The notes under the pieces are model-generated. The model was not told the DNA's origin. It ran no database searches and was given only the letters and a program-made list of their open reading frames with translations. A DNA stretch of 64,000 nt from an uncultured cyanobacterium (GTDB lineage: Bacteria > Cyanobacteriota > Cyanobacteriia > CAKZMO01): positions 480,001-544,000 of the forward strand of contig CAVRCJ010000010.1 of assembly GCA_963719515.1 (NCBI GenBank), given 5' to 3'. The position numbers and the translations under genes were made by a program. Below, piece after piece: positions 1 to 10,380 of this stretch (position 1 is the stretch's first letter; each line of letters opens with the position of its first letter).

Positions 1-157
1 ATGGATTCCGTCAATCTCCCCTTCTAGAGGAAGCGCTACCTAAAGCGTTGCCCAATGCCCTATCGGTTTCCTCGCGTATGCTGCTGCGACTGTTCACCGT
101 AGCGACTAGTCCGCCCTCCAGCCACAGCACTGTGGCTGGAGGACAGCACTGCCATTA

Positions 158-230
158 TGGAGCTAAGCGGATTCGAACCGCTGACTTCCTCAATGCCATT
201 GAGGCGCTCTACCAACTGAGCTATAGCCCC
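158..230 (-). tRNA. tRNA-Ala(GGC)
   Basis: Reverse complement GGGGCTATAGCTCAGTTGGTAGAGCGCCTCAATGGCATTGAGGAAGTCAGCGGTTCGAATCCGCTTAGCTCCA forms a cloverleaf with GGC anticodon, G3:U70 pair and TTCGA loop; CCA is not encoded. Confidence 0.97.
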
Positions 231-381
231 GCGTCAACCATACTGCCCTCAGACCCGGACTCGAGTCAAGCGCGATCTCGATATTAACACCCCTATTCCA
301 CCTACGACATAAATCGCGCTAGAGTTCTTTAGGTTCCCTCAACGCAACCGGTACCTCCTCAGCACTTACGACGGCACCCCC

Positions 382-1515
382 ATGACCTCCCCAGAGAACA
401 CCGCAGATAGCCCCGCGCAGGACTTCTCAGCTCCGCCTCCAACCGATACGCCCCCTGCTGACGCCAGCATAGACGTCGACGCCCTTATTCAGGTGATGCG
501 CCGCAAAGAAGGCAACTGGATTGGCTGGGCCACCGCTGCTCAGCAGCTGCAAAAGGCCGGGTACAACCCGCAGAAAATCTTCGAGGCCACCGGATTTGAG
601 CCTATCCAGCAAAATCAAATTACCGTCGCTGCCCAGGTTTACAGCTCTCTTGAAGCCGCTGAGGTTTCCCCTGAGGTGCGATCGCGCTTCGAGATTCGGG
701 GGAGCGACGCCCTCTACGAGCTGCGCATCCTCAATCAGGCTGAGCGGGCCTCCACCGCCGCCCTAATCTACCGCCACAACGCCGACTCTACCGCCGCCCA
801 CGAATTCGCCAAAGCGGTGAGAGAATACGGTCGCCGCAGTAAACCGCCAGCGGGCTTCCAGCCCTTTGATCAAGCGCCCGGCGATGCCCTGGCTCACCAC
901 TACTGGAAGCTCGCCCGTCAGCAGTCCAACCTCCAAGAGCGATCGCGGCTGATTGCTTCAGGGCTGCGCTACGCCGACTCCGATACCGCCCGGAAGCAGC
1001 TAGAGGAACTGCTCACCGACTTTTCTGTGGTGGCCCAGCGCAAAGCCCCGCTGCTGCCCGTCTACCGCCTCGACTCTGAAGAGCAGATGCCCCGCGTGCT
1101 CCCCGTGGTGGGCCAGCTACCCCTCTCGGTGGAAGACCTCAAAGCTGTTCCGCTGGTGGACGAAGAAGGGCCATTCAAGTTTGTCAAGCATTCTGGCACC
1201 GCCGCCTGGGTTGCCCTACCGGGCTGGCAGGTGCTGTTGCTGGCCGAAGACCCGGTGGTGTTGATCACCCGGAGCGATCGCCTGCCTACGGAAATGCCGC
1301 CGCCGGTAGAGTCGGTGCTACTTGTGGTAGACCGAGCCAGCCGCGACTGGACGCCGGACAGCTACTTCATTACGGCTCAGGGCGACCAGGTAGAGGTGGC
1401 TTGGTTTGGCGAAGCGCCCTCTGCGCCGCTGCTGGGCCGGATGATTTTGGTGCTGCGGCCTAAGAAGGTGCTGGATGAGGAGTTCGTCAAAGACCCCTGG
1501 CAGTTTGAGGAGTAG
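382..1515 (+). CDS. raf1: RuBisCO accumulation factor 1
   Basis: 377 aa; RRKEGNW...IFEATGFEPIQQNQ N-terminal motif and C-terminal LVLRPKKVLDE...WQFEE. Confidence 0.93.
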   Translation: MTSPENTADSPAQDFSAPPPTDTPPADASIDVDALIQVMRRKEGNWIGWATAAQQLQKAGYNPQKIFEATGFEPIQQNQITVAAQVYSSLEAAEVSPEVRSRFEIRGSDALYELRILNQAERASTAALIYRHNADSTAAHEFAKAVREYGRRSKPPAGFQPFDQAPGDALAHHYWKLARQQSNLQERSRLIASGLRYADSDTARKQLEELLTDFSVVAQRKAPLLPVYRLDSEEQMPRVLPVVGQLPLSVEDLKAVPLVDEEGPFKFVKHSGTAAWVALPGWQVLLLAEDPVVLITRSDRLPTEMPPPVESVLLVVDRASRDWTPDSYFITAQGDQVEVAWFGEAPSAPLLGRMILVLRPKKVLDEEFVKDPWQFEE

Positions 1516-1516
1516 T

Positions 1517-2263
1517 CTACAGCGCCTTCTCTTTAGAGACCAACCAATCGGGAATATATTGCCATCCCTCCTTCAGCTGGCAGTCTAACGTCCTGTAGTC
1601 AGGCTCCCACTGCTCCACAAGCGCCCAGAAGGCAGCCGAATGGTTGAGATGCATCGTGTGGCACAGCTCATGGACAAGCACGTAGCGCACCAGCGGGGGC
1701 GGCAGAAACAGGAGCTTGTCATTGAGGCTGATGGAATGGCGACTCGAGCAGCTCGCCCAGCGAGTCTTTTGGCGACGCAGGGTGGCCCTGCTGTAGGGGA
1801 GCTGAATCTCCTGGCTGACCTGGTCTAGCCAGGGCACTAGGTGTTGCTTTGCCGTGGGCCTAATCCAGGCCTGGAGCGCTCTTTGACAAGCAACAACCTG
1901 GTGAATGGGGCCATAGAGCTGCAGGCGATCGGGCGTCGCGCGCACCTCAATGCGATCGCCGGCTGCGGGTTGATAGTCCACTTGCCACGAGCGGCCCAAC
2001 GCCCTCAAAAAAATGTAGGCGGGCTGGGCTTGCCGGGTTTCTGGCGATCGCCCTTGGTGGGCCGTTGTCATACGCCGCTGGGTTTTCTCAATCCAGCTTT
2101 GCTTGTCGCGCAGAAATTGGGCCAAGCGGTCGCGCCGGTAACCCCGAGGGACCACCACTTCCACCTCTCCCCGGGTCGAGACTTGCACCTTGATCCGCCG
2201 CGAGCGATCGCTTTCTCGTACAGAATAGCCTTGGATGGTGTAGGGTTTAGTCTTAGACGCCAC
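1517..2263 (-). CDS. YgjP/SprT-like (DUF45) zinc metallopeptidase
   Basis: QKTRWASCS, YVLVHELCH (HExxH) and NHSAAFW motifs. Confidence 0.88.
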   Translation of the reverse strand: MASKTKPYTIQGYSVRESDRSRRIKVQVSTRGEVEVVVPRGYRRDRLAQFLRDKQSWIEKTQRRMTTAHQGRSPETRQAQPAYIFLRALGRSWQVDYQPAAGDRIEVRATPDRLQLYGPIHQVVACQRALQAWIRPTAKQHLVPWLDQVSQEIQLPYSRATLRRQKTRWASCSSRHSISLNDKLLFLPPPLVRYVLVHELCHTMHLNHSAAFWALVEQWEPDYRTLDCQLKEGWQYIPDWLVSKEKAL

Positions 2264-2306
2264 GGGCCACCAGAATCGTTTGATGCGAGCCGAGTAAACC
2301 GACGCG

Positions 2307-3302
2307 ATGACGCTAGCCGACTCATCTTGGAATCACCGCCATCTGCTGTCGCTACAGGATCTAACTCCAGCAGACTATGACGTTGTGCTTCAGACAACGT
2401 CTACCTTCCAAGATATCTTGTCTCGGCCCACCAAGAAGGTTCCGGCCCTGCAGGGTCAGGTCGTCACTAACCTATTTTTTGAGCCTTCCACCCGCACCCG
2501 CAGCAGCTTTGAGCTAGCCGCAAAGCGCCTGTCTGCCGATACTCTAAACTTTTCCCCCGGCAGCTCGTCCCTGTCTAAGGGAGAAACCATTTTAGACACC
2601 GCCAAAACCTACTTGGCCATGGGCGCGAACCTGATGGTGGTTCGCCATCGGCAGGCGGGGGTGCCCCTGGCGATCGCCCAAGAAATGGACCGGCTTCACT
2701 CTGGCGTGGCGGTGCTGAATGCGGGGGACGGCTTACATGCCCATCCTTCCCAAGCGCTGCTCGATTTGTTTACCCTCTGCACGCAGCTCAACCCGGAGCA
2801 GCCGCAGTTCGCGGATTTGGCGGATAAGAAGATTGCCATTGTCGGAGACATCCTGCATTCGCGGGTGGCGCGCTCTAACCTTTGGAGCCTCACCGCCAGC
2901 GGGGCTGAGGTCCATTTGGCAGGGCCACCGACCCTACTGCCGCGCCACTTTGCGCAGTTCTGCGACGGCAGCCCCCTCCCCCGCCGACTCAAGGTCCACT
3001 GGCAGCTCGACCCAGCTCTCAGGGATGCCGATTTCGTGATGACGCTGCGGCTTCAGCAAGAGCGCATGACCCATCACCTGCTGCCCAGCCTCCGGGAGTA
3101 TCACCAGCAGTTCGGCGTCACCCGCGATCGCCTTCAGGCCTGTCGTCCTTCGGTTAAGGTGCTGCACCCGGGACCGGCCAACCGGGGGGTAGAAATCACC
3201 TCTGACGTGACGGACGATCCGGATATCAGCCTGGTTCCCCAGCAGGTGACCAATGGCGTAGCGGTGCGGATGGCGCTGCTGTATTTGTTAGGGGCGGGAT
3301 AA
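2307..3302 (+). CDS. pyrB: Aspartate carbamoyltransferase catalytic subunit
   Basis: [21 protein letters not shown] and HPGP motifs. Confidence 0.97.
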   Translation: MTLADSSWNHRHLLSLQDLTPADYDVVLQTTSTFQDILSRPTKKVPALQGQVVTNLFFEPSTRTRSSFELAAKRLSADTLNFSPGSSSLSKGETILDTAKTYLAMGANLMVVRHRQAGVPLAIAQEMDRLHSGVAVLNAGDGLHAHPSQALLDLFTLCTQLNPEQPQFADLADKKIAIVGDILHSRVARSNLWSLTASGAEVHLAGPPTLLPRHFAQFCDGSPLPRRLKVHWQLDPALRDADFVMTLRLQQERMTHHLLPSLREYHQQFGVTRDRLQACRPSVKVLHPGPANRGVEITSDVTDDPDISLVPQQVTNGVAVRMALLYLLGAG

Positions 3303-3303
3303 G

Positions 3304-4032
3304 CTAGGGGCGCGATAAGCTAGGGCAAATGCCCTCGAAAATCACGTTGTCGGCATGCTGCATGGCCTTGTCGTAATCCGCCTGCGATCGCACCGTCCAG
3401 GCCACTACCGGCTGCTGGAGCAGGGCCTGGGTCAGCGGTACCGATAGGGCCGGGAGCGCCCTTAGGTCGTAGCCGATAAACTGCGGGTCGCCAGCCCACG
3501 TCAAGCTCAGCAGCTTTTTGTGTCCCGCCAGCGCTTCCCTCTCAAGGCCGCTAGAGAGCTGGCCCCGCGCTATCTCGGGTCTATTCTCCTTGAACCAGGC
3601 TAGGGCATTGGGGTTAAAAGACTGAATTGCGCAGTCCCCTGAGTAGGCCGCAAGCAGCTCCGCTAGCGCCGGCTCCATCGCCCCCGCGGCGTCCTCGTTC
3701 TTAATCTCAATGAGGACCGGAACCCGTCCTCCAATCAGCGACAGCGTCTCCTCTAATAGGGGAACCCGCTGCTCGGTTTCCAGCAGCGTCAGCCGCCTCA
3801 CGCTTTCAGACGTCTGCTCAAAAATGCTGCCCTCTCGCCCCGTCAGCCGCGTTAAATCCTGGTCGTGAAAGACGGCCAGCTGACCGTCGGCCAAGCGCTG
3901 AATGTCGAGCTCTATGGCATAGCCCTGGGCGATCGCCGCCTCAAAAGCCACCAGCGAGTTTTCTGGTTTGCCGGGGCTGTGTAGTCCCCGGTGGGCGATG
4001 GGTCGTTGAGAGATCCACGGAGGACACGTCAT
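3304..4032 (-). CDS. Glycerophosphodiester phosphodiesterase family protein
   Basis: IAHRG, PENSL, IELD and IEIK motifs; ATG at 4032 preferred over the longer ORF-track start. Confidence 0.9.
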   Translation of the reverse strand: MTCPPWISQRPIAHRGLHSPGKPENSLVAFEAAIAQGYAIELDIQRLADGQLAVFHDQDLTRLTGREGSIFEQTSESVRRLTLLETEQRVPLLEETLSLIGGRVPVLIEIKNEDAAGAMEPALAELLAAYSGDCAIQSFNPNALAWFKENRPEIARGQLSSGLEREALAGHKKLLSLTWAGDPQFIGYDLRALPALSVPLTQALLQQPVVAWTVRSQADYDKAMQHADNVIFEGICPSLSRP

Positions 4033-4104
4033 GTCGCGCTGATCCTGTTGAGTAGGCTGATTCGCTGAGCCGATCCACCAAATCATAGCGAACTGCCGCT
4101 GCAA

Positions 4105-5658
4105 CTACGGCGTGCGCTCTTTCAAAAAATAGGTCTCCACTTCCCCTAGACCCTGCACATCGATGACGCCGCGCGGCTCTAGAATAAACTCATTTTTGAG
4201 CTGCTCGTACAGGCGGCGTGGAACCTGGATTTTACCCGGCAGACTGGTTTCCTCCATGCGGCTAGCCAGATTGACGGTATGTCCCCAGAGGTCGTAGGCA
4301 AACTTCGAGGTGCCAATGACCCCGGCGGTCACCGACCCCGCATTGATCCCAATGCGGAGCTGAAAGGGGGTACCATCGGGCTGAATAAAATGCTGAATCG
4401 TTGTCTGCATGTCGAGGGCTAGGTGGGCGATCGCCTGCATGTGGTCCGGGCGGGGTAGCGGCACCCCAGCCGCCACCATATAGGCGTCGCCAATAGTCTT
4501 AATTTTCTCTAGCTTGTAGGTTTCGACCAGCTGGTCGAAGGTGGAAAAAATCTGGTTGAGCAGCTGAACCAGCTCTTTGGGCGACAGATAGGTGGAGACT
4601 TCGGTGAAGTTGACCAAGTCAGCAAACAACACGCTCACCTGATCTGAATTATCAGCAATGGTATGCGTTCCAGCCTTTAGCCGCTGAGCGATGGTTTGGG
4701 GCAGCACGTTAATTAGCAGTCGCTCAGACTGAAAGCGCTGCCGCCGGATCTCTAGCTCAATCTGCCGCCGCTCGGTGATATCTTGCACGGTGCCTTCGTA
4801 GAAACAAAGCTCACCTGAGGTGTCCGTGACGGCCCGAATCGTCTCGTTAATCCAGATGGTGCTGCCGTCTTTTTGATAAATCTCAGATTCAGCGTTAGCA
4901 ATTTCACCATAGCGGCGCAGGTAGGCGGCCAGCTCGTAGCGACGCTTGGGGTGTACGTAGAGCTGGTGGTCAATGTCGGTAATTGTCTCCATGAGCTCCT
5001 CTGGTGAGGAATAGCCGCAGATGTCGGCCATCGCTGGATTGGCTGCAATATAGTGGCCGTCAGGGGTGAGCTGAAAGATTCCCTCACTGGCGTTCTCAAA
5101 TAGGCTGCGATACTTGGCTTCCGCTTTTCTGAGACTTGCCTCTACTGTTCTGCGCTTTTGGTTCTCAACATGAAGCTCCGCATTCCGCGCCTGCAGTTCC
5201 TCAGTCTGGCTATGGAGCTGCTGCTGCATCAAATGAAGCTTGATTTGGGTGCTCACTCGGACAAGCACTTCATCGGCATGAAAGGGTTTTGTTATGTAGT
5301 CAACCCCTCCAAGCTCGAACGCTCTAATTTTGTTTGAGACCTCGCCTAACGCGCTTAAAAAGATGACGGGGATCGCCTGAGTTTTAGGATTATCTTTAAG
5401 CTGTTGACAGACCATATACCCATCCATTACGGGCATGCTGATGTCTAGCAAAACCAGGTCGGGAGGAGAGAGAAACGCCGTTTGGATGGCGAGCTGACCA
5501 CTGACGGCTTTGCGAACCCGGTACCCCTCTGCCTCTAAGATTCTGGCGAGGACCTGAATGTTGTCAGGAACGTCATCGACGATGAGAATCGTCCCGGAGG
5601 GGGGTGAGGCAGCTTTCTCAAAAAGAGCATTCATGGAAGATATTGCGGCCATCGTCAT
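4105..5658 (-). CDS. REC-PAS class III adenylate/guanylate cyclase
   Basis: Receiver domain (ILIVDD, LLDISMP), PAS domain, and cyclase motifs VLFADLVNFT, KIKTIGDAYM, YDLWGHTVNLASRME. Start codon uncertain. Confidence 0.92.
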   Translation of the reverse strand: MTMAAISSMNALFEKAASPPSGTILIVDDVPDNIQVLARILEAEGYRVRKAVSGQLAIQTAFLSPPDLVLLDISMPVMDGYMVCQQLKDNPKTQAIPVIFLSALGEVSNKIRAFELGGVDYITKPFHADEVLVRVSTQIKLHLMQQQLHSQTEELQARNAELHVENQKRRTVEASLRKAEAKYRSLFENASEGIFQLTPDGHYIAANPAMADICGYSSPEELMETITDIDHQLYVHPKRRYELAAYLRRYGEIANAESEIYQKDGSTIWINETIRAVTDTSGELCFYEGTVQDITERRQIELEIRRQRFQSERLLINVLPQTIAQRLKAGTHTIADNSDQVSVLFADLVNFTEVSTYLSPKELVQLLNQIFSTFDQLVETYKLEKIKTIGDAYMVAAGVPLPRPDHMQAIAHLALDMQTTIQHFIQPDGTPFQLRIGINAGSVTAGVIGTSKFAYDLWGHTVNLASRMEETSLPGKIQVPRRLYEQLKNEFILEPRGVIDVQGLGEVETYFLKERTP

Positions 5659-6008
5659 CGGGCTAGACTGGTGTGTTGTTGCTCAGACGCAGCAGGTTCC
5701 GGTGATGGGTCAGACCCCTCGCGAGACGCTACTATTCTATCGAGGGGTATGCGAGAGCTTGATAAAACTGGCTAGGTTTGATCAATGTCTTTACATTGGA
5801 CCTGGGTCGATTCAACGCAAGTTTGTATCAGCTTTCGATACTTCTGGTGTCCCTGTAGCTGAGTACAGCGGTATAAAGGCGTATTCCGGTCAAATTCGGC
5901 CAAATTTATTGAGCAGGCGCTCTGTGGCGATTGCTCTCTACCCCTAACGGCGTCCCAGCTCGCGGTCTACCTTCAAGGTATCTCACCAGCCCTAAGATCA
6001 ATCCTCCG

Positions 6009-9000
6009 CTAGCGGGCCGCCGAAGGGTTGTGCAAATCCTCCAGGACTACAGACGTTGCGGTGATAATCGGCTCGAAGTCAAAGCAGGCTACGAGGGTTT
6101 TGAGCGCTCTTGCAAGGTTGGGCTGCTCCGCCGGAATGGCTTGAAGCAGCTCGCTAATCTGGTGGTCATCGCAGTGGGAGGCGGCTTGATGGAGCGAGAG
6201 GAGCCACGGTTGAGACATTGCGGCTAGGTCCGCTTCGTAGAGAGGCGATCGCGTATCGCAGTGCTGGGCAAAGCCATCCTCATCGCCGAAGGACTGGTAA
6301 ACATAGGCTACGCCAAGCCAGCTCGACAGCTGCTCTAGCAGGGTCGTTTCTCGCACCGGCTTGCACAAAAAGCTATCACAGCCTGCCTCTGCCGCCGCCT
6401 CGTGAACGCTCACCATGGTGCTGGCCGTGAGGGCGAGAATTCTGGGATACACCGCGTTGCGATCGCTCGAGCGGGCCTGAGCCCTCTGCTTAATTCGGCG
6501 GGTGGCTTCGTAGCCATCCATCACCGGCATCCGCAAATCCATCAGGATTAGGTGAGGCTGCCACGTCTCATAGGCTGCGATCGCGGCCTTTCCATGCTCG
6601 GCATCCTGCACCTCAAATCCTATATTCTGCAAGAGTTGGACCAGCAGCTGACGGCTCTCGGGCAGGTCATCGACAACCAAAATTCGCGGCGGCGGTTGTT
6701 CTGTAGATAGATGGGCGATCATCCGGTTGCTGATAGTTTCTGAAATATAGACGGCCTCCGCAGTCCCAACGGGTAAGGCTACGGTGAAGGCGGCTCCCTG
6801 TCCGAGGGTGCTCTTCACCGTGATGCGTCCTGCCATCAGCTCTACAAACTGACGACTAATAGTCAGTCCCAGCCCCGTTCCCTCGATAACGCTTTGACTA
6901 TCGCGGGCCTGCTCGAAGGCGTCAAATATAGTGTCTTGATTTGCGTCAGGAATCCCGATGCCCGTGTCGACGACGCTAAACGATAGCCACAGTCGACCTG
7001 TCAGCTCGTGATTGGATAGAGCCGATACCGTTTTTTGGCCAGAGCGACGAGGGGGTGGCAAATTGCTTGGGTTATAGCCAATAACCGACACCTTCAGCCA
7101 GACACGACCGCTTTCGGTGAACTTGATCGCGTTGCCCAACAAATTGATCAAAATTTGTCTCAGCTTGCTTTGGTCAGCGGTAACAAAAGAGGGAATGCCC
7201 GCATCGATGTCGAGATGTAGGGTCAATCCTTTCGCTTGAGCCCGGTGGTCGAGCATGGCTCGGATTGTCTCTAGCAGCTCGATTAGATTAAAACTTCCCT
7301 CGCTGAGAGCCATCCGGTTGGCTTCAATCTTGGACAGGTCGAGTACGTTATTGATGAGCGACATCAAATGCTCGCTGCTGCGAAGGACCGTGCTGAGAGT
7401 ATCCTGCTGCTGAACCGGCATCTCTGGATCTCGGCGCATTACCTGGGCAAGTCCGACAATGATGTTGAGTGGCGTGCGCAGCTCGTGGTTCATGTTGGCA
7501 AGGAATTCGCTCTTTGCCCGATTGGCCGCAACTGCCGTCTCTTTAGCTTTTTGGAGCTGTAGCGATTTCTCCTTAATTTGAGAATACAGTTCAGCCTGCT
7601 TGACCGCGACACCAAGCTGTGAGGCAATTTGCACGAGGGTGTTGACCTCGATGTCCTGCCACTGACGCACATCTGAGTTGTTGTAAACCGACAGCAGCCC
7701 CCAGAGCAGGTCGCCTCGAAAGATTGGCACGGTGATGTAGGCCCGCGCCTGAATTTGCCCTAGAAACCGACGGTGTTCTGGTTCAAGGGCTGCGGTGTCG
7801 ATGTCGTTAACGCAGGACAGCTGGACGTCATACTGCGATCCGACATTGCTTCCCGACGAGGTCTGGACCGTATCGAACAGCGTCTTGAGACAGATGTCTT
7901 CGAGACAGATGTCTTCGATCTGAAGGTGGGCGAGAGACGGCTGATCGGTAGAGTGGCGCGCCAGGGTCTGAACCATGCTGCTCGCCTGCGAGCCGTCACT
8001 CTTACGAGAATTGCCCTCATCCGCATCTTGATGCTGAGTAAAAGGCAGTAAAGCGGGCCAGGATGCATCTACGGACTCTGCGACAAACTTACACTGCGGC
8101 CGCTTACTAAACCGATAGATCAATACGCGATCGCAGTTGAGGATTTGGCGAACTTCGCGCACTGTGGTGCTGAAAATCTGCTCAATTCTCAAAGTTCTAC
8201 GAATATGCTCAATGATACGAGCGATCGCCTTCTCTCTCTCTAATCCCTGCCTCAACTTCAGCTCTGTCCGCTTCCGCTCGCTGATATTGCGCACCATGAC
8301 GAGAACTTCATCCCGGTTGTAGGGCGTGATGCGGGCCTCTTCGTACTGAATTTCACCCCCAATCTGTAGCGCATATTCGTAGCTGTAGGTCTGCCCCTCT
8401 AGCAGCGCGGTTTGGATGTACGCCATGCGCTCATCGGCGTGGGCTTTGGGCAAAACGTCGTAAATTGTTTGCCCTTCTTTCATCTTCTTTGTGTTACAGA
8501 GTTGAACGTTGCCGCTGTGCTGAATGTAGAGATAGGTTCCATCCCGGTGCATCCGAATCAGCAGGTCCGGAATTGCCCGCAGCAAAATCTGATTTGCGCC
8601 CTCGCTGCGCTGTAGCGCCAGCGTTCTCTCTGCAACTTTGTCCTCAAGCTCGCGGCTATAGCGGGCAATAATATTTTCAGCCTGTCGCCGTTCTGTGATG
8701 TCTTGAAAAACGCTGATAGCGCTAGTAATAAGGCCTTGATCGTTTCGAACCGGAATAGCTTGGATCTCAAACGCCGCCACCTTGCCAGGCAGTCGCTGCT
8801 CGATATCTGTGATGGTGCAGGCATTGCCCTGAATAGCCTGTAGTGCCGGCAGATCTTCTGCCGGATAGAGTTCACCGTCCGTCCGATACAGCTGACAAAT
8901 TTCCGGAAGCGCGCTCAGCGGCACATCCGAAATTTTCTCGACGGACAGCAGCGATTTACATTTTTGGTTGATATAGGCAACGTGACCATTGTTGTCATAA

Positions 9001-10217
9001 AGGGCTACGCCCATGGGCAAGTTGTCTAAGATTTGCCAGAGCCTTGCCTCACTCTCTTCCCAAGCTAAAAGTGAGGTCTGCAGCTGAATAGAGATTTGGT
9101 GGAGAGAACCTGCTAGGTCGTCAAGCTCGCGCAGCCGAAAGGTGGGACGAGCCCAGTTGCCGCCCTGAATCAGCTCGTGAGTAGACTCAGTTAGCTCGCT
9201 GAGAGGACGAGTAATCCACTGCGCCATTAGCAGGCCAGTCAGCCCGGAAATAAGCGATGCGACACCCGTCAACCCTAGAAAGGTTGCGATCGGAATTTTG
9301 ACGGGCAGCGCGTCGGGGGTTCGGGAGATGGGCAGGGTCAGGATAATTTGCCAGGCTGAAGCCGAGGGACGCGAGGGGGAAAGCGAGAGAATGTAGCGAT
9401 CGCCTCGAGCTGTCGTAGATTTTTCTGGAGGAAGTGGGAGAGAAGGGGGTGGGGAGAAGCTCTCCATCGCGGCCTGTGATGCGGTGGGCGATGTCTGACT
9501 CAGGGCAGCATTCTGCGACGGCCAAAGCCGAGACGAGACCTGTTGACCGTAGGCAACCCAAGCTTCTGTCCCTGGGCGAACTTCGTCCAGCGAGGCCTGC
9601 AGCGCTGTGAGCGGAACCTGCAGCGCAACAGCTCCAGAATTCGAGAGCGGGGCGACGCTCAGTATCGCCTCTGGGGTCACCCAAACTGTGACGTCGCCGC
9701 TGGTCTGGGCGCTGGTCTGAGCGCTGGCCCATTCCTCAAGAGGGCCTGTTTCGGCTTCTTCCGGGCTAGATTGAGGCCCGGGTTGGAGGGTGACGGTGCT
9801 GTGGGATGGAAGGCGGTCAAGCAGCTGCTGCCGGTAGCGCTGACCGGCGGTACTGTCCCAGTCGAGTAAGCCTAAGTCAACCGCAGCGGCGAGGGTGACC
9901 GCGCTCTCCTGCGGCAGTGCTAGGTAGGCGTCTACCTTCTCCTGCAGGCGATCGCGAGTTTCCCGCAGAACGTACTGCGCTGTAGCTGCAGCCGTTTGCT
10001 GATGGTGGTGGTGGTAAAGATACCCCGACAGCCCAGCCATGCCAAAAATTTGCAGGGCGAATAAGCCGATTAGCACTAGCCGAATGGGTAAAGGGGGGAG
10101 CGGTAAAATCTTATTGAGCGAGCGACGCTGCGCCATTTCTTCTGAACAAAATGTTGCAGTCCGGGAACTCCGTAGAACTACCGTACTTCTACTGTTATAG
10201 GCGATCGCTTCGGGCAT
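6009..10217 (-). CDS. Membrane-bound hybrid histidine kinase (HAMP-PAS-PAS-GAF-HisKA-HATPase-REC)
   Basis: Two hydrophobic segments, FLANMNHELRTPL H-box, NLLGNAIKFT, GTGLGL and a C-terminal receiver domain. Start may be downstream (MAQRRS). Confidence 0.92.
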   Translation of the reverse strand: MPEAIAYNSRSTVVLRSSRTATFCSEEMAQRRSLNKILPLPPLPIRLVLIGLFALQIFGMAGLSGYLYHHHHQQTAAATAQYVLRETRDRLQEKVDAYLALPQESAVTLAAAVDLGLLDWDSTAGQRYRQQLLDRLPSHSTVTLQPGPQSSPEEAETGPLEEWASAQTSAQTSGDVTVWVTPEAILSVAPLSNSGAVALQVPLTALQASLDEVRPGTEAWVAYGQQVSSRLWPSQNAALSQTSPTASQAAMESFSPPPSLPLPPEKSTTARGDRYILSLSPSRPSASAWQIILTLPISRTPDALPVKIPIATFLGLTGVASLISGLTGLLMAQWITRPLSELTESTHELIQGGNWARPTFRLRELDDLAGSLHQISIQLQTSLLAWEESEARLWQILDNLPMGVALYDNNGHVAYINQKCKSLLSVEKISDVPLSALPEICQLYRTDGELYPAEDLPALQAIQGNACTITDIEQRLPGKVAAFEIQAIPVRNDQGLITSAISVFQDITERRQAENIIARYSRELEDKVAERTLALQRSEGANQILLRAIPDLLIRMHRDGTYLYIQHSGNVQLCNTKKMKEGQTIYDVLPKAHADERMAYIQTALLEGQTYSYEYALQIGGEIQYEEARITPYNRDEVLVMVRNISERKRTELKLRQGLEREKAIARIIEHIRRTLRIEQIFSTTVREVRQILNCDRVLIYRFSKRPQCKFVAESVDASWPALLPFTQHQDADEGNSRKSDGSQASSMVQTLARHSTDQPSLAHLQIEDICLEDICLKTLFDTVQTSSGSNVGSQYDVQLSCVNDIDTAALEPEHRRFLGQIQARAYITVPIFRGDLLWGLLSVYNNSDVRQWQDIEVNTLVQIASQLGVAVKQAELYSQIKEKSLQLQKAKETAVAANRAKSEFLANMNHELRTPLNIIVGLAQVMRRDPEMPVQQQDTLSTVLRSSEHLMSLINNVLDLSKIEANRMALSEGSFNLIELLETIRAMLDHRAQAKGLTLHLDIDAGIPSFVTADQSKLRQILINLLGNAIKFTESGRVWLKVSVIGYNPSNLPPPRRSGQKTVSALSNHELTGRLWLSFSVVDTGIGIPDANQDTIFDAFEQARDSQSVIEGTGLGLTISRQFVELMAGRITVKSTLGQGAAFTVALPVGTAEAVYISETISNRMIAHLSTEQPPPRILVVDDLPESRQLLVQLLQNIGFEVQDAEHGKAAIAAYETWQPHLILMDLRMPVMDGYEATRRIKQRAQARSSDRNAVYPRILALTASTMVSVHEAAAEAGCDSFLCKPVRETTLLEQLSSWLGVAYVYQSFGDEDGFAQHCDTRSPLYEADLAAMSQPWLLSLHQAASHCDDHQISELLQAIPAEQPNLARALKTLVACFDFEPIITATSVVLEDLHNPSAAR

Positions 10218-10380
10218 TGTCTGATGGAATCCCAGAGCTTTATAGAAGATATAGGAAGTGCCACTGTCCCTTTATCGAAGATGGCCCAGGAGCTTCCTTC
10301 CTAGGGACGAAGGATATGCCTCGCAATAGGGTATACAAGGGCCGCTTTAGACCAGGCCTCCAAGACCGCTGCTAGCGGGG

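Noticed and set aside
158..230. tRNA as an integration site for an island
   Set aside because: No integrase or duplicated tRNA 3' end is visible, although only 157 bp of downstream sequence is in the window.
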